Positions 34,790 through 46,660 of a stretch of 64,000 bases of DNA are shown here, in pieces (the first letter of the stretch is position 1; every line of letters starts with the position of its first letter). Position numbers and translations under genes: made by a program. Source of the stretch: Macrostomum lignano (Eukaryota); the NCBI GenBank assembly GCA_002269645.1, contig NIVC01000754.1, positions 62,001 to 126,000 on the forward strand, read 5' to 3'. The notes beneath the pieces are model-generated. The model was not told where the DNA came from, searched no databases, and saw nothing but the letters and a program-made list of their open reading frames with translations.

Positions 34790-36160
34790 CGGAGGCAGCA
34801 GGGCAGAAAGCATGGCTAGCGAACTCATTGAAACAGCAGTTAACACAGAGCCATACACTCGAAATAAAAAATCGCGCATTTTGTTCACTGCGTGCAGCCT
34901 AGAGCACGGGTCTACAAAGACGTGGTACCAGCCAGGCACATGAAAAGCGCGCACCTCAACCCCACGCCTAACAGCAATGAGCATGGCAGTCTGGAACAGC
35001 GGCCGCAACTCAGGCTGCCGGCAGCAACCTCTGTTAATCATGCCAACAGCCGAACTTGAGTCGGAGTAGACCACGACCGAACTGTCATTTAAAAAGGAAC
35101 TCCAGCAAACCATAGCCAGTAGCGGAACAATAGCTTCTTTGTACATGATATGCTTATCTTTAAACTTTCCTTAAGCATCCAGCTCCCAATTGACATACAG
35201 CCAATCCACCATTCCGCTACCATTGCGCATATTGGCACCACCACCAAAACTGCTGGCGTCGGTTTCGATGAATCCAGCCGTTTGTGCGACTTCTCCAAAG
35301 CTGAAAATCAGGCAGCTTCAGAAGGGCACCTCGCCACCAGAGTAAAATACGCACAGTGTCAGCGGACACTCACACCTTGTGATGTGGCTTTTCCAGGGCA
35401 TTAAGCAAGTCGAACAGGGGCCTGAGGAAGCTGAGCTTGCCACAAAGCGACGAAAGCTGGCGTTTCGAGAGACGCCTGCGCTGCGAAAAATTAAGCAGTG
35501 TGGTGCGCATTTCCTCACACTTTTCCGCCGGTACACTAAGAACTCCACGGACAGTATCAATCTGCACACCGAGATACACCAAGAATTGCGTAGGTTCAAC
35601 CACTTTGTTCCAATTGACACAAAAACCTAACTGGCGAACCAGCTTCATCCGCTCTTTCAGAGCATCAATACACTTCCTCGCTCTCGGCCGCAACCAGAAA
35701 ATCATCCAGGTAAACCGAAATATTAGCCACGCCGCGTCGCACCATCATCCTCTTGACCGCTTGAGTAAGCCGGTAGAAAATCTCGACCGAGGCGCAGCTA
35801 CCAAAGGGTAGCCGGGTGTCGACAAGCCATGTCAGATCCCGGTTGCCTTTAAAGCGCCAACCAATGCCGGTCGCCTGGTAATCATCTGGATGGATCACCA
35901 CACTTCTGTAAGCTTGCGACAGATCAAGCTTCGCCATGAACCAGCCCTTGCCGATAGAGGCTGCAACCTTCTTGACGGACTCAAACCTGGGGCTCAGCTT
36001 CTTCGTATAATTGTCATTTACCGAGTAGCCCGGAGGCGTGCTGCAGTCATGAATAAGTCGAATCTTCCCGCTATCCTTGGGAATAGCTTCCAGAGGGCTG
36101 ACTATCGTAGGCTTCTTAGTGAAGTACTTCTCCTTCTCGGGTTCTCGAAGATGTTCCTAG
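34790..36160 (-). pseudogene. pol: DIRS reverse transcriptase and RNase H (frameshifted)
   Basis: VSPLEAIPK.SGKIRLIHD, AKLDLSQAYR, LPFG, YLDDFL, YLGVQID, DSSKPT, EAIVPLLA, YSDSSSAV, HVPG. Confidence 0.9.
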
Positions 36161-36529
36161 AAAATAGAACCCGCTGCTCCTGAAGAAGCTAGATAGCACC
36201 GCAGTACTACCTATCGATTTGCCTGAAAATGAACCTAAAACGTTGCCGTTACTTGGTAGCGTTGCTGCCACCTTGGTGTGCGGACTCGACGCGTCGGCAG
36301 AGTTGTCTATCCGTCACCTGAAAGAAAATTAACAAAGTCGCTCGGAGCAAAGGCAAATCTGAAAAATGTCTCGACAGTCGATCGTCTTAGTAAATGCTGC
36401 TCGAACCTGAAAACCTGTAAAACCTGAAATGAGAGAGGAGAGCTCGGAGGCAGAGGCTTCACGAGTTAGCCACAATGCTCCGCGAGACGACGCAGTCTAC
36501 GAACACGGACTGGAGAAAATTGGCTCGCA

Positions 36530-36890
36530 GGTGCTCCGTATTTATAGACGAGCGGACCCCCAAAAGTCACGTGAGTTTCATGCGGTGAGCGCGTGAAACT
36601 TCCTTATTTGGGCATTGAAATCATGCGAACGACGCGTGATTCAAGGCCAACTTCCAAATAAGGCCATCAGTGGCGTGACTCAAGGTCAGTGGCCACGCAC
36701 AGCATGCGTGCACAGTCACGTGCTTTTCTGTGCTAAAAATAGAACTTGGGCGGATGAGTCATCCTGTTTACTCCCTCTGGGCAGCCATTACACTCCGCGC
36801 AGGTGATGAGTCATCCTGCTACGCCTCTCAGCGCGAGTGGGAAGACATTGAGTGTGGCTGCCCGCGCCGGCTCAGGCGATGAGTCATCGG
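36530..36890 (-). promoter_or_regulatory. Promoter-like module inside the DIRS region
   Basis: TATAAATA (- strand, 36539-36546), TCACGTGA at 36567, and AP-1 TGA(G/C)TCA at 36676, 36755, 36807 and 36880. Confidence 0.5.
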
Positions 36891-37503
36891 GCAGTAAACA
36901 CTTAGGCCCAGCACAGGGTAACTCTCTCACTAGCTCAGGTGGACTGAGATACTGTGCAGCGGATCACAGCACTCTTAAGGAAAGCTAGTGAATGCTGCTG
37001 AATAGCCAGTTAGCAGCCAGTCACTACATTAGGCACAACCAAGTACCTGCCATTCTCAATCTCTTCCTTAATTTGCAGCTCAACAGCGCGATGAAAAGCA
37101 GAAGTAGACATGTAATTGGCATTAAAAGTCCCACAAAGCCCTTTGCCATCAGTAATGCGAAAAACCATTTGCGATGCCGTCTAGGATAAAATTCCGATCA
37201 GGGTCATTCTCAAGTTCAGTATTCCACGAAACAAGACGCAGGCGACCCCCTGCACTGCCAACGACGGGATATTTTAAATTCAGAGCAGACTGAGCATTAG
37301 GCAAATATTTAGGATTAAAACAGAGCATTGCAGAGTTCAGTTTTTGTCGAATGGTTGGCCTCAGGGTGGGCCTCGAAACAGATACGGCAGACGTGCCGGA
37401 ATTTGCAGCTCGACCGGAAGCACCCCCGGCGATTAAATTGCAAGCAGATCTCTTCCCCGTCTGGCGTTCTGAGGCTCTTGGGGTCTATTAGTTTTTGAAA
37501 ACG

Positions 37504-38566
37504 CTACTGCCGTGGCTGGGGCAATGACTTGCTGACTCCATGGTTTGCTGGAGTCCCAGTTCTGATTAAGTGCTTAGCAACGAGTTGGAAAGACTCCTTG
37601 CCCCATCGCATGCCAGTTTCAGCTTGCCTAGTGCGGTAGTCCTCGTCAAAACGGTTCACCTGCGCAAGGCCGAAGCCCGCGTCAAACAGCGCGCGAATCT
37701 GCATTGAGTAGCGTAGTTAATTCATCAAATCAGTCGTGTCGACGGTTCTATTTCTACTAGTCACCAGGGCACCATCCTTGATCATCTGCATCATCAACCT
37801 GCTATTGCCTACCAGATACTGTGCTGCTGTGATGCTATTTGGATTCGGTTTTCTGCTCTTATAAGTGATTAGGCCAACAGAACCATTAGCCAGCACCACT
37901 TCCTGCTCAAAGCCGTCAAGGAAATCATGAATCAGGAGAGCCTTACGCCTACCAGAACACTCCATCCGTTCATTGGCCCTGTTCCGTGACAACAATCTAT
38001 CAAGCAGCTCATTGCCATTATCTTCCTGGTCTAATCCAGCATCATCGCACCCATCAGGAAGGGGGGGGGGCCAGCAGGCTTGCCACACTCACCGCGATTC
38101 ATAGGTCGCGTGGACGGACACTCGCGTTGCAGATCTCCGATCTCCCTCTTGAGTTGAGCGGCTTCCTTGCGTAGCTGCCACAGTCTGATCTCCTTCTCCG
38201 TCTTCGCGATGTCCTCGTCCAGGCTCGCCGCCGATTCCCGAGCCGCCTCCGTACTGATGTTGTCGTCTGCATCGGCTTCTTGCTCATATTGCTCCATGTT
38301 CTGCAACAGCGAATCTTTCCACGACTGGTCTGGGGCTGCCAGCAAGGCGCTGAATAGGTCGGACCATTGCTAACGTTAGCGTCGGCACACAAGGCCTGCA
38401 GAGCCACCTTGCTCAGGTGCATGAGTTTGTCGCGGTCAGCCAATGCAAAAAAATCGATACGCGCTTGGCGGGCCAGCGACAGCCCGTTTCGCATTAAAAC
38501 ACCACCCAAACCCACAGGGGGCATGTGACCTACGTCCGGCCCACCCCTCCCCGCTCCAACGCACAA
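37504..38566 (-). pseudogene. gag: DIRS gag-like ORF (disrupted)
   Basis: ITAAQYL.GNSRLM..MI..G..YSMQIRAL....AQVNRFDEDYR..QAE.G..WG resembles DIRS gag. Confidence 0.7.
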
Positions 38567-39841
38567 GAGCCACGCCCCACTGGTTTAACACCTAACCCAA
38601 CCAAGCTGAGCCCGGTCCGACCAGTCAAGTAGATTATTGGATTTTTCAAGACAAGTTTAACTTTAAACATGCCGAAAACAAATTTTTGATTCTTCATTAT
38701 TGACTGTAGAAAATTTCCTATTGCTAACTGCCAACAGCTCTTAATCGTATACTTCAGCCTAAAATACTGATCGACGGCGCGTCAGCCGTCACAAATTTTT
38801 TTGGATTCAAAGGGCATTCCCAGAGTGATTAAGATTGTGCGCAACTAGCTCAATCAATACGCCAGGAGATTAAGTGCTACAATGTGCACAAACAACGCAA
38901 AAACCTTTAGCTGTTGTATATTCAGAAGCTACCTCCCTCTCTACCACGTACATGCACTCGTACTTTGTGCAGCTTGACTGTCTCTATCAGAATGCCAGTA
39001 TTGAATAGTATCAACAGCATCTGTGCTAGAATTTTGATTGCTAGTGAAACTGTGAAACCAGTTAGGACAAAGCATATTTTTATTGTTTTTTTCCAGCAGG
39101 TTTTGCCTTCCAACATGAGCAAACTCTGGAAAGACAGACCTCTGTTTTCTTGACAGGTACTAAATTTGTTTTAAGAGGTGCATTGAGTAGAACTCTAGTT
39201 GGAAGAGATGCACTGGCTCATTGTTGTAACTACCTACTGTATATTATGTGTAGTTCTCAATATGCTCAGAAATGTTGGGAACCAATCAAAAAGGCGACAG
39301 TTAAAAGGACGACAGTCATAGGGGCTTCTACGTACAATTGCATATGTCCTTTGCCTAAAAACCAATAAAATGGCACGGCTCAGCTAATTGATTTTATGAT
39401 TCTATATTACTCGTATCATTTTTAGCTGAATGTGTAACAACATATGTAACAAAGATCTAGCAGCTGTTCTATCTCTAAAAATTTCCCTTTTGCCTAATTA
39501 GATTTGTATTGTCTGACTCTGACTTTAAGCTACGAGTAGGACATTTTCTTGGAAAATTTCTAATTCAGTCGGATTCTTGGAAACCTCGTGGTAGCGGTTA
39601 GTGCCCGAGCGGTAAGACACTGTCTAATTTCCTGTAGTGTACGCCCCTCTACGCCTGTAGGCTTGTATGGGACTATAGCTTGAGTTCTCTCGACCAACGT
39701 GCGCTAGCTCTGCCCCACCCCCCTTAACCATTGCATAACGTGGTAGCCGCACGTCGGCAGTGACTATATATTAACTCAAATATATGGTCCACGAGACCAC
39801 TTTATATTCCGCGCACAAGCGCACTACAATGACGTCGCAAG

Positions 39842-40178
39842 CAGGATGGCGCCGACACCGACGGGCGATGCGTCGACCACCAGCTCAGTCGGCAGCTGCT
39901 TGTCAAAGAAGGCCAGAGTGGAGCTCTCGGAGATGCCGTCTTTGACGGCCTGGAAGGCCTGCTGCTGCTCGCTGTCCCAGACGAATTCCTGGCCCTTTCG
40001 TACCAGCCGCCTGAGGGGCTCCGCCTTGGCTGCCAACTGCGGAATGAACTTCTCGAGGTGGTTGGCCAACCCCAGGAATGACCGGACCTCCTTGACCGAC
40101 TGGGGGTCCTTGAAGGCCTGCAGCGCTGCGATCTTTTCTTCTGACGGCTGAATTCCATACTTCGACAGCGTCATGGCC
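39842..40178 (-). pseudogene. pol: Gypsy RT C-terminus and RNase H start (inverted segment)
   Basis: VRSFLGLAN, WDSEQQQAF, VDASPVGVGAIL. Confidence 0.9.
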
Positions 40179-40192
40179 ATGAATTTGGCCTT

Positions 40193-42516
40193 ACTTACTA
40201 CTACTGACGGGGGGCGCAGGCGCCGCGATTAGGCCGCGAGGCCCCTATCGCAACCCCAAGGTAAAGGAGCACAAGGATTAGCCTTGGGGGTGCGCCCAGT
40301 CCCCGCCAGTAGTCGGCAGGTCCGCAGTGGAGGCATCGGCGACCCTCATCCGGCCGGAGTCCCGGACGAAGGCGCGGAGGTCTCGGATATTGTCCGCGGT
40401 GGTCAGCTCGTCCATCCGCTGGGGGTGGCCGAGGTATTTGTGCCGCGCCTTGTTGAAGTAAGGGCAGAAGGTGACGTGATGCTCCGCGGTCTCCTCTCCT
40501 ATGCCACAGAAGGGACAGGTGGGAGGGCAACCGGTTTGCAACGATATATGTCTCTGGAAGAATCCGTGGCCGGTTAGGACCATGCACATCTCCCTGAGGT
40601 CGGTTCTGTTAAGCGAAATCAGATAATCAGAGACTTTCCTGTTCAGGTTAGGCATGGCAGAGCGGCTCTGCCTGTACTCGGTGCAGCTGTTCCAGTGGAG
40701 CTGGTGCTGCTGATGGAGCCACCTGTTGATATGGCGGGTGACTTGCGACCTGGGGGTGGGTAGCCTCATCAGACGGTGGTTGCCGTCTGGGTTGCTGCCC
40801 TCCTTGGCGAGAGAGTCCGCGAGCTCGTTGCCCAGGATGTTGCTGTGACCAGGTGTCCAGATAATTCTAATCCTGTTAAGGACTGAGAGAGATTGCACAC
40901 TGCGGTGGCATTGAGATACTGTAGCAGCGGAGATATTCTCAGTGGTTAAGGCCTTAATAGCAGCTTGGCTATCAGTGTAGAAATTAATGTCAAAATTATT
41001 AATGTTCGCCTGAAACAGTTGCTGGGCACACTGCTCAATGGCGCAAATTTCAGCTTGGAAAACTGAGGTGTTCTCACCGAGGTGCAGACTTTCCTGGAGA
41101 AGCATCTTACCCTCGTGGAAAATGGCAATACCCGCTCCAGCGCGGCCGTTGAACAGCGAGCCGTCGGTGAAGCAGTGAATGCCCTGGCTGCGCCGGTTCA
41201 CACCGACATCCAGCGGAATGTTGTCTCGGCCAGGGATGGCGGTCTTGAAGCCCCTCCTGATGTTGAGGGCGGGAGGTCGACTATCCACATTGCCCAGGTC
41301 CATGTGGATGTTGTTGAGGTCGCGGCGGACAAAGTCCATATGCGGGATTAATGTTTTCATTGGCATAAAGCCAGAGGGCGCGTTATTTAACGTTTTATCT
41401 CTGATAAGCCGGGAGGCAGACTTCATAGCCTCCGCCCTAATAAATAGGTGAAGCGGAGGCAGGTTAAGGATAGTGTTCAGCCCCTCGTAAGGGGTGGACG
41501 GGTACGCACCTGTGATGGCACGGCAAATGCTGCCCTGAAGCTGGTACAGCCGCTGACGGGCGGCCTTCTGTTCCAGCACGCTAGTCCAGATGAGACTCGC
41601 GTATGTGATACTGGGCCGGATGATGCCGGTATAAATCCAACGGACCGTTCTAGGCGAGAGGCCCCAAGTCGGCCCGATGGCTCTGCGCAGCTGGGCAAAG
41701 CAGCGTTTTGCCCGACCGATGACGTTATCAAGGTGCTTCGTCCAGCGCAGGTCATGCGTTAGCGTCACACCGAGGTATTTGACCTCCTTCTTGAAGGGGA
41801 TGTTTCTGCCATAGACAGTGAGGTTTTTCATCTCCCACTTACGGCGCTTGGTGAAAACGACAGCGACAGTCTTAGTGACGCTGATTTTTAGGCCATGCTG
41901 TGTAGCCCAGTCGGCCGCCTTGTCGGCGAATTGCTGCATCAGGTTGCGCAGAGTGGCGGGGTCGGGTCCGCTGACGACCGCGGCAACGTCATCGGCGTAG
42001 CCCGCCCTGGTGATACTGCTGGGAATGTCAGCGGTTAGAAGTTCGTCCATGACGAGATTCCAGAGAAGTGGAGTTAGCACGCCACCTTGCGGGCCGCCTT
42101 TCATCACCGCCCGGGTGAGGGTAACGCCCATAAGTGTGGATGTCACAAACCTTTTGCGGATCATAAAATAAATCCAGCGAACAATGCTGTGTCTTACATT
42201 CCTGCGGGAAAGAGAATTTCTGAAGGAGCGGAAGAGGACATTGTCAAATGCTCCTTCGAAGTCAACGAACAACCCGCAAGCGAGTTGTTTGCTAAGGATG
42301 GCACTCTCAATTTTGGAGGTAATGGCGTGGAGAGCATGCTCAGTCGTCCTCCCAGGCTGGAAGGCGTACTGGTACTTACTGACAGGGTCGGAGCGCAGGT
42401 CGCACTCTCGAAGCCTCCACAGGATGAGCCTCTCCATCAGCTTAACACAAAAGGAAGTGAGGCTGATGGGCCGGAAGGATTTCACGTTGGTGTAGTCACC
42501 CTTAGCAGGTTTCGGG
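40193..42516 (-). mobile_element. 5'-truncated R1/LOA-like (I-group) LINE with RT, RNase H and C-terminal Cys/His knuckle
   Basis: 14-bp TSD ATGAATTTGGCCTT (40179-40192 and 42517-42530). Motifs [54 protein letters not shown]...CP. (TAG/TAAG)n tail; frame open to 40278. Confidence 0.95.
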
Positions 42517-42530
42517 ATGAATTTGGCCTT

Positions 42531-44382
42531 GCTGATGCCCCAGTGGCACTTGCTGGCGTTCAGGGTGATGCCGTGCTCTCGCAGTCTAGCCAGACAGGCA
42601 GCCACGTGTGCCTGGTGAGACTCCAGGTCCTGACTGTGGATTATGATGTCATCGTGGATCCACTTGACGCCGGTCAGTCCCGCCAGCACTCGCTGCATTA
42701 CGCGTTGGAGTATCTCCGAGGCAGAGGCAAAGCCCATGCTTAGGCGGGTCAGCCGACGCATTCCTCGGGGCGTAGAAAACACAAAGAACCTGCGGCTGTC
42801 CTCGCTGATCTCAATTTGATGAAACGCCTTGAAGATTTCGAGTTTGGAGAAGACCGTCGCTGGTGCCGCTCCCTCAGTGCCGCATTGTTTACGTCCCGAA
42901 GATCCTGTGTGATTCGCACACTCTTGCCGTCCTCCTTCGGCACCACGACGATGCGGCTGACCCACGGCGTTGGACCTTCGACGGGCTGGATGAGGCCGAG
43001 CTGCTCCTGCTCGTCTAGCTCGCGGTCCAGCGCCTCCCGGAGGTGCACTGGGACTCGAGATGGCGGGTGGCAGACAGGCCTGGCGTCGGACTTGATGTTA
43101 ATCTGCACCGAGACGTCTTTGACCTTGCCAAGACCCTTGAAGAGCTCCGGAAATCGCTCGACCACAGCCCGGATAGCTGGATCATCCGTCTCGGAAGACG
43201 CCACTACGTTGACTTGGGGACCCTGGCTCAGAAGGCGCAGCAAGGTTGATGCCTCGCGCCCCAAGATGTTGGTGCCGTCGCCCGGGATGACAATGAAGCG
43301 GACCGCCTGGCTGTCCTGCCCGGCTGACACCTGCAGACTGCATGCTCTCAGGGTGCTGAGCGGTTTGGATGAGCGGTAGGCGAAGACTTTAGTGCGATTC
43401 GGTTGCAGCCGCGGGGGTCCCGGCAGCGTGCGCCAGGCCCGCTCAGTGAGGATATTGCAGTCGGCGCCGCTGTCCACCAGAACCGGCAGCTGCGTTGAAC
43501 CGACGAGCACTGTTGTCTTGGCGCCGACTGCCGCAGTGCCGGTGGCTGCAACGGTCAGGCAAAAGACGCCATCCTCCACCTCTGAGCTATCGCTGTCGGC
43601 CTGCAAGACGCGGACGTCTCCCTTTAGTGCGGACAGGCAGGCTCTTGCCAGGTGGTTTCGTTTGCCGCAGCGGCGGCACGTCTTGCCTTCAGCTGCGTTG
43701 CATGTGCGGTGGCCCGGGGCTCCGCACCTGATGCACTTGAGCTGCTTGCCGCCGGGGGACTGCGTGGTCTGTGGCTGTCGACGGTTTTTAGACGCCCCAC
43801 TGGCCTCCTGCCGACGGAGCCGCTGCACGGACGCCTCGTTGGCCTCCATGACGCTCGCCTGGGCTTCCACCGCCTCCATGGCCCTGGCCACCCGGAGCGC
43901 CTGCTTCAGGTTCACATTGTCCATTGCCAACAGTTTCCGGTGGAGCTGCTCGGAACTGCAGCCAGCGATGAGCTGGTCTCGAATCAGAGAGTCTCTGAGA
44001 CCCTCGAAGCCACAGCAGTCGGCGGCTTCTTGGAGACGCTGAAGCCACTCGTCCGTGGGCTCGCCAGACCGTTGCGTGCAGAGCCTGAATTGATAGCGAG
44101 TGAACGGTAGGTTCAGATTGTGGTTGAAGTGCCTGTCCAAGGCGGCCACGAGCGTGTCGATATCTTTGCCCTCGGCCTCATCGGTGAGGCCCGCGGCGAT
44201 CGTCTGCAAGTCCTCGCCGGCCGAATACAACAGCAGCTGCCGTAGTCTTTTCTTGTCGTCTATTCCAGAGGCGACGGCAAACAGTTGAAACTGGGCTGAC
44301 CATTTTTTCCATTTTGTATGAGCTGCATTTGGGTCCGTGCGCAAGTCCAGTTTGCTGGGGGTCTGTAGACTGACTTGCGACG
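42531..44382 (-). pseudogene. gag-pol: Gypsy gag-protease-RT (inverted segment, frameshift near 42870)
   Basis: IRDQLI.G, two CCHC knuckles, [34 protein letters not shown]. Confidence 0.93.
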
Positions 44383-46080
44383 CCTGCAGCAGCGACATTC
44401 CGGCGGCCTGACTCGCCCGGTGGCCTACGCGAGCCGAACCCTCAGCGACGTCGAGCGGCGGTACAGTCAGATCGAGCGCGAGGCCCTGGGCGTCAAGTTC
44501 GGTTGCCTGAAGTTCGCGTTCTACCTAGAGGGCTGCCCGCACTTTGATGTCTACACTGACCACAAGCCGCTGCTTGGCATCTACGGACTCTAGGCCGCCG
44601 CCCCGGCTCGAGCGTATTGTGCTGCAGACCCATCACTTCTCGTTTACGCTGCACTACCGCAAGGGCGAGGACAATCCGGCAGATCCCCTCAGTCGCAACC
44701 CGCTGCCGAGCGCATCGCCCGGCAAAGGCGAGGCCGTAGAGACTCGACTGCTCAACGCTGTTGTCCAGGCAGCCACGCCGAAGGGCCTGACAGTCGACAA
44801 GGACCGAGCTGCAACCGAGTCGGACCCGACCCTGACGGCCGTCATGCAGGCGCTGGCAACCGGGAACTGGAGCTGTGGTGCGACAGCGCCAGCGCACAGC
44901 TTCCGGTCTCTGAAAGACGAACTCAGCGTCCACGCAGGCCTGCTGCTCCGAGGCAGTAGAATTGTCATCCCAGCAGAACTGCAGCAGTTGACCATCGGCC
45001 TGGCGCATCAGGGTCACCTGGGCCAGAAAAAAACGTGCGATCGACTTCAACGCAAGGTCTGGTGGCCCGGCATGACCAAACAGGTGGAAGCCGTCGTCTC
45101 CCGCTGCCGCCCGTGCCAGGCGGCCCGGCCTGATGGGGCCACCAAGCCGCCGCCGATGCAGCCGACGCCTCTTCCGTCGGGGCCTTGGCAATCGCTAAGC
45201 GTGGATGTCTGCGGGCCATTCCGACCGGCGAGAACATTGTCGTGCTGGTTGACTACTTCAGCCGGTACCCGGATGTCTACGTTGTGCGAAGCCTCACCAG
45301 CTCCAGCGTCATCACCTGCGCCATGGCCTCGTTCAGCCGCTTTGGTGTGCCGCAGCAGATCACCACGGACAACGCCACGTACTTCACGAGTGACGAGTTC
45401 AGAGAGTTTCTCGATGGCCTCGGAGTTCAGCATCGCCGCGTCACCCCGCTCTACCCGGCAGCGAATGGCGAAGTACAGCGCTTCAACCGCAGCCTCAACA
45501 AGGCCGTCAACGCCGCCACAGCCGAAGGCAAAGACTGGCGCCGGGCCATCCACGAGTGGCTTCTCGGCTACCGCAACTCCGTGCACCGCGGCACCGACCG
45601 CTCGCCCAACGACCTCTTGTTCAACACGGCCGTCGGCGACGTCTTGCCTACCATCTCGACGAAGCAGCGCGGCAGCCGCGAGCGGCAACTCCAGAGCCAC
45701 GACCGCAGCTACAAGCAGGCGATGCGGCAGACAGCCGACACGTGACGAGCGGCTGGGCCGCACGGCATTCAGGCGGGAGTCCGCGTGCTGCTCAAGAATC
45801 GCGGCAAAGCCAAGTTGAGGTGTCCGTTTGATCCGCGCCCCTGGATCGTTAAAGCGGTAAACGGCAGCGCCTTGACTCTGGAACGTGACGGGGCCGTCTT
45901 GCGGCGGCACGTGACCGAGACGAAGCGGCTGCGCGAGTGCCCCTGGGAGCCCGAAGTACTGGATGCCGGCGAGACAGCCGAGACTCCGCCCACCACGCTT
46001 GGAGGCGCGAACGAGGGAGCCATTGCGCAGAGGCCCCATCCCAGGAAGGCTAAGCGGCAAATTTGTTACAAACTATAAGT
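44383..46080 (+). pseudogene. pol: Gypsy RNase H C-terminus and integrase (stop and frameshifts)
   Basis: PVAYASRTL, YSQIEREAL, TDHKPL, AHQGH.G..WWPGM..C..C, VDYFSRYP, TDNA, NGEVQRFN. Confidence 0.93.
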
Positions 46081-46574
46081 TGGAGCGCAAGAAAACTTTT
46101 CGTTCATTGCTTTACTACCGTTGCTTCATTTTGTTACAATTCGTTCAACTCTAACGAATCGAAATGCGGCCTCAACCCTCTGCTTGGGGGAGAGATGTAG
46201 TGTACGCCCCTCTACGCCTGTAGGCTTGTATGTGACTATAGCTTGAGTTTTCTCGACCAACGTGCGCTAGCTCTGCCCCACCCCCCTTAACCATTGCATA
46301 ACGTGATAGCCGCACGTCGGCAGTGACTATATATTAACTCAAATATATGGTCCACGAGACCACTTTATATTCCGCGCACAAGCGCACTACATTTCCTAAA
46401 CTAAGTCCGAAAGTATTGCGTTCACCGGGGATCAAGGGTGTCCAGCGGCAGCTATCTAACCTACCAACACCTTTACAGTTTGTAAATCCTAATGCCTAAT
46501 TATCTAATATCACTGTTAGTCTGCACGGCCTTCTTAGTGTCTTCACGACCTCAGTAATTCCCTACTTTCAAGCT

Positions 46575-46660
46575 TCCTATTCTGGGTCTCCACGACCTCA
46601 AGTTTCGCTATTTCAGACTCCTATTCTGGTTCTCCACGACCTCAAGTTTCGCTATTTCAG
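46575..46660 (+). repeat. 44-bp direct repeat, 2 copies
   Basis: TCCTATTCTGG.TCTCCACGACCTCAAGTTTCGCTATTTCAG at 46575 and 46619. Confidence 0.85.

Larger units (their letters stand above)
33831..38600 (-). mobile_element. Decayed DIRS/Ngaro-type tyrosine-recombinase retrotransposon
   Basis: gag, RT, RNase H and YR in order on the - strand; termini not resolved. Confidence 0.88.
39633..46391 (+). mobile_element. Gypsy LTR retrotransposon with internal inversion (39842-44382) and nested LINE
   Basis: 196-bp LTRs at 39633-39828 and 46196-46391 (3 mismatches), TTTCC TSD, PPT GGGGGAGAGA before the 3' LTR. Confidence 0.95.

Noticed and set aside
39570-39632. tRNA gene
   Set aside because: Only an A-box-like stretch interrupted by the Gypsy LTR; no cloverleaf or B box. 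At most a decayed SINE.
40278-42965. 895-aa ORF as a novel single gene
   Set aside because: It is a patchwork of out-of-frame Gypsy sequence, Gypsy RT and a LINE bounded by a 14-bp TSD.
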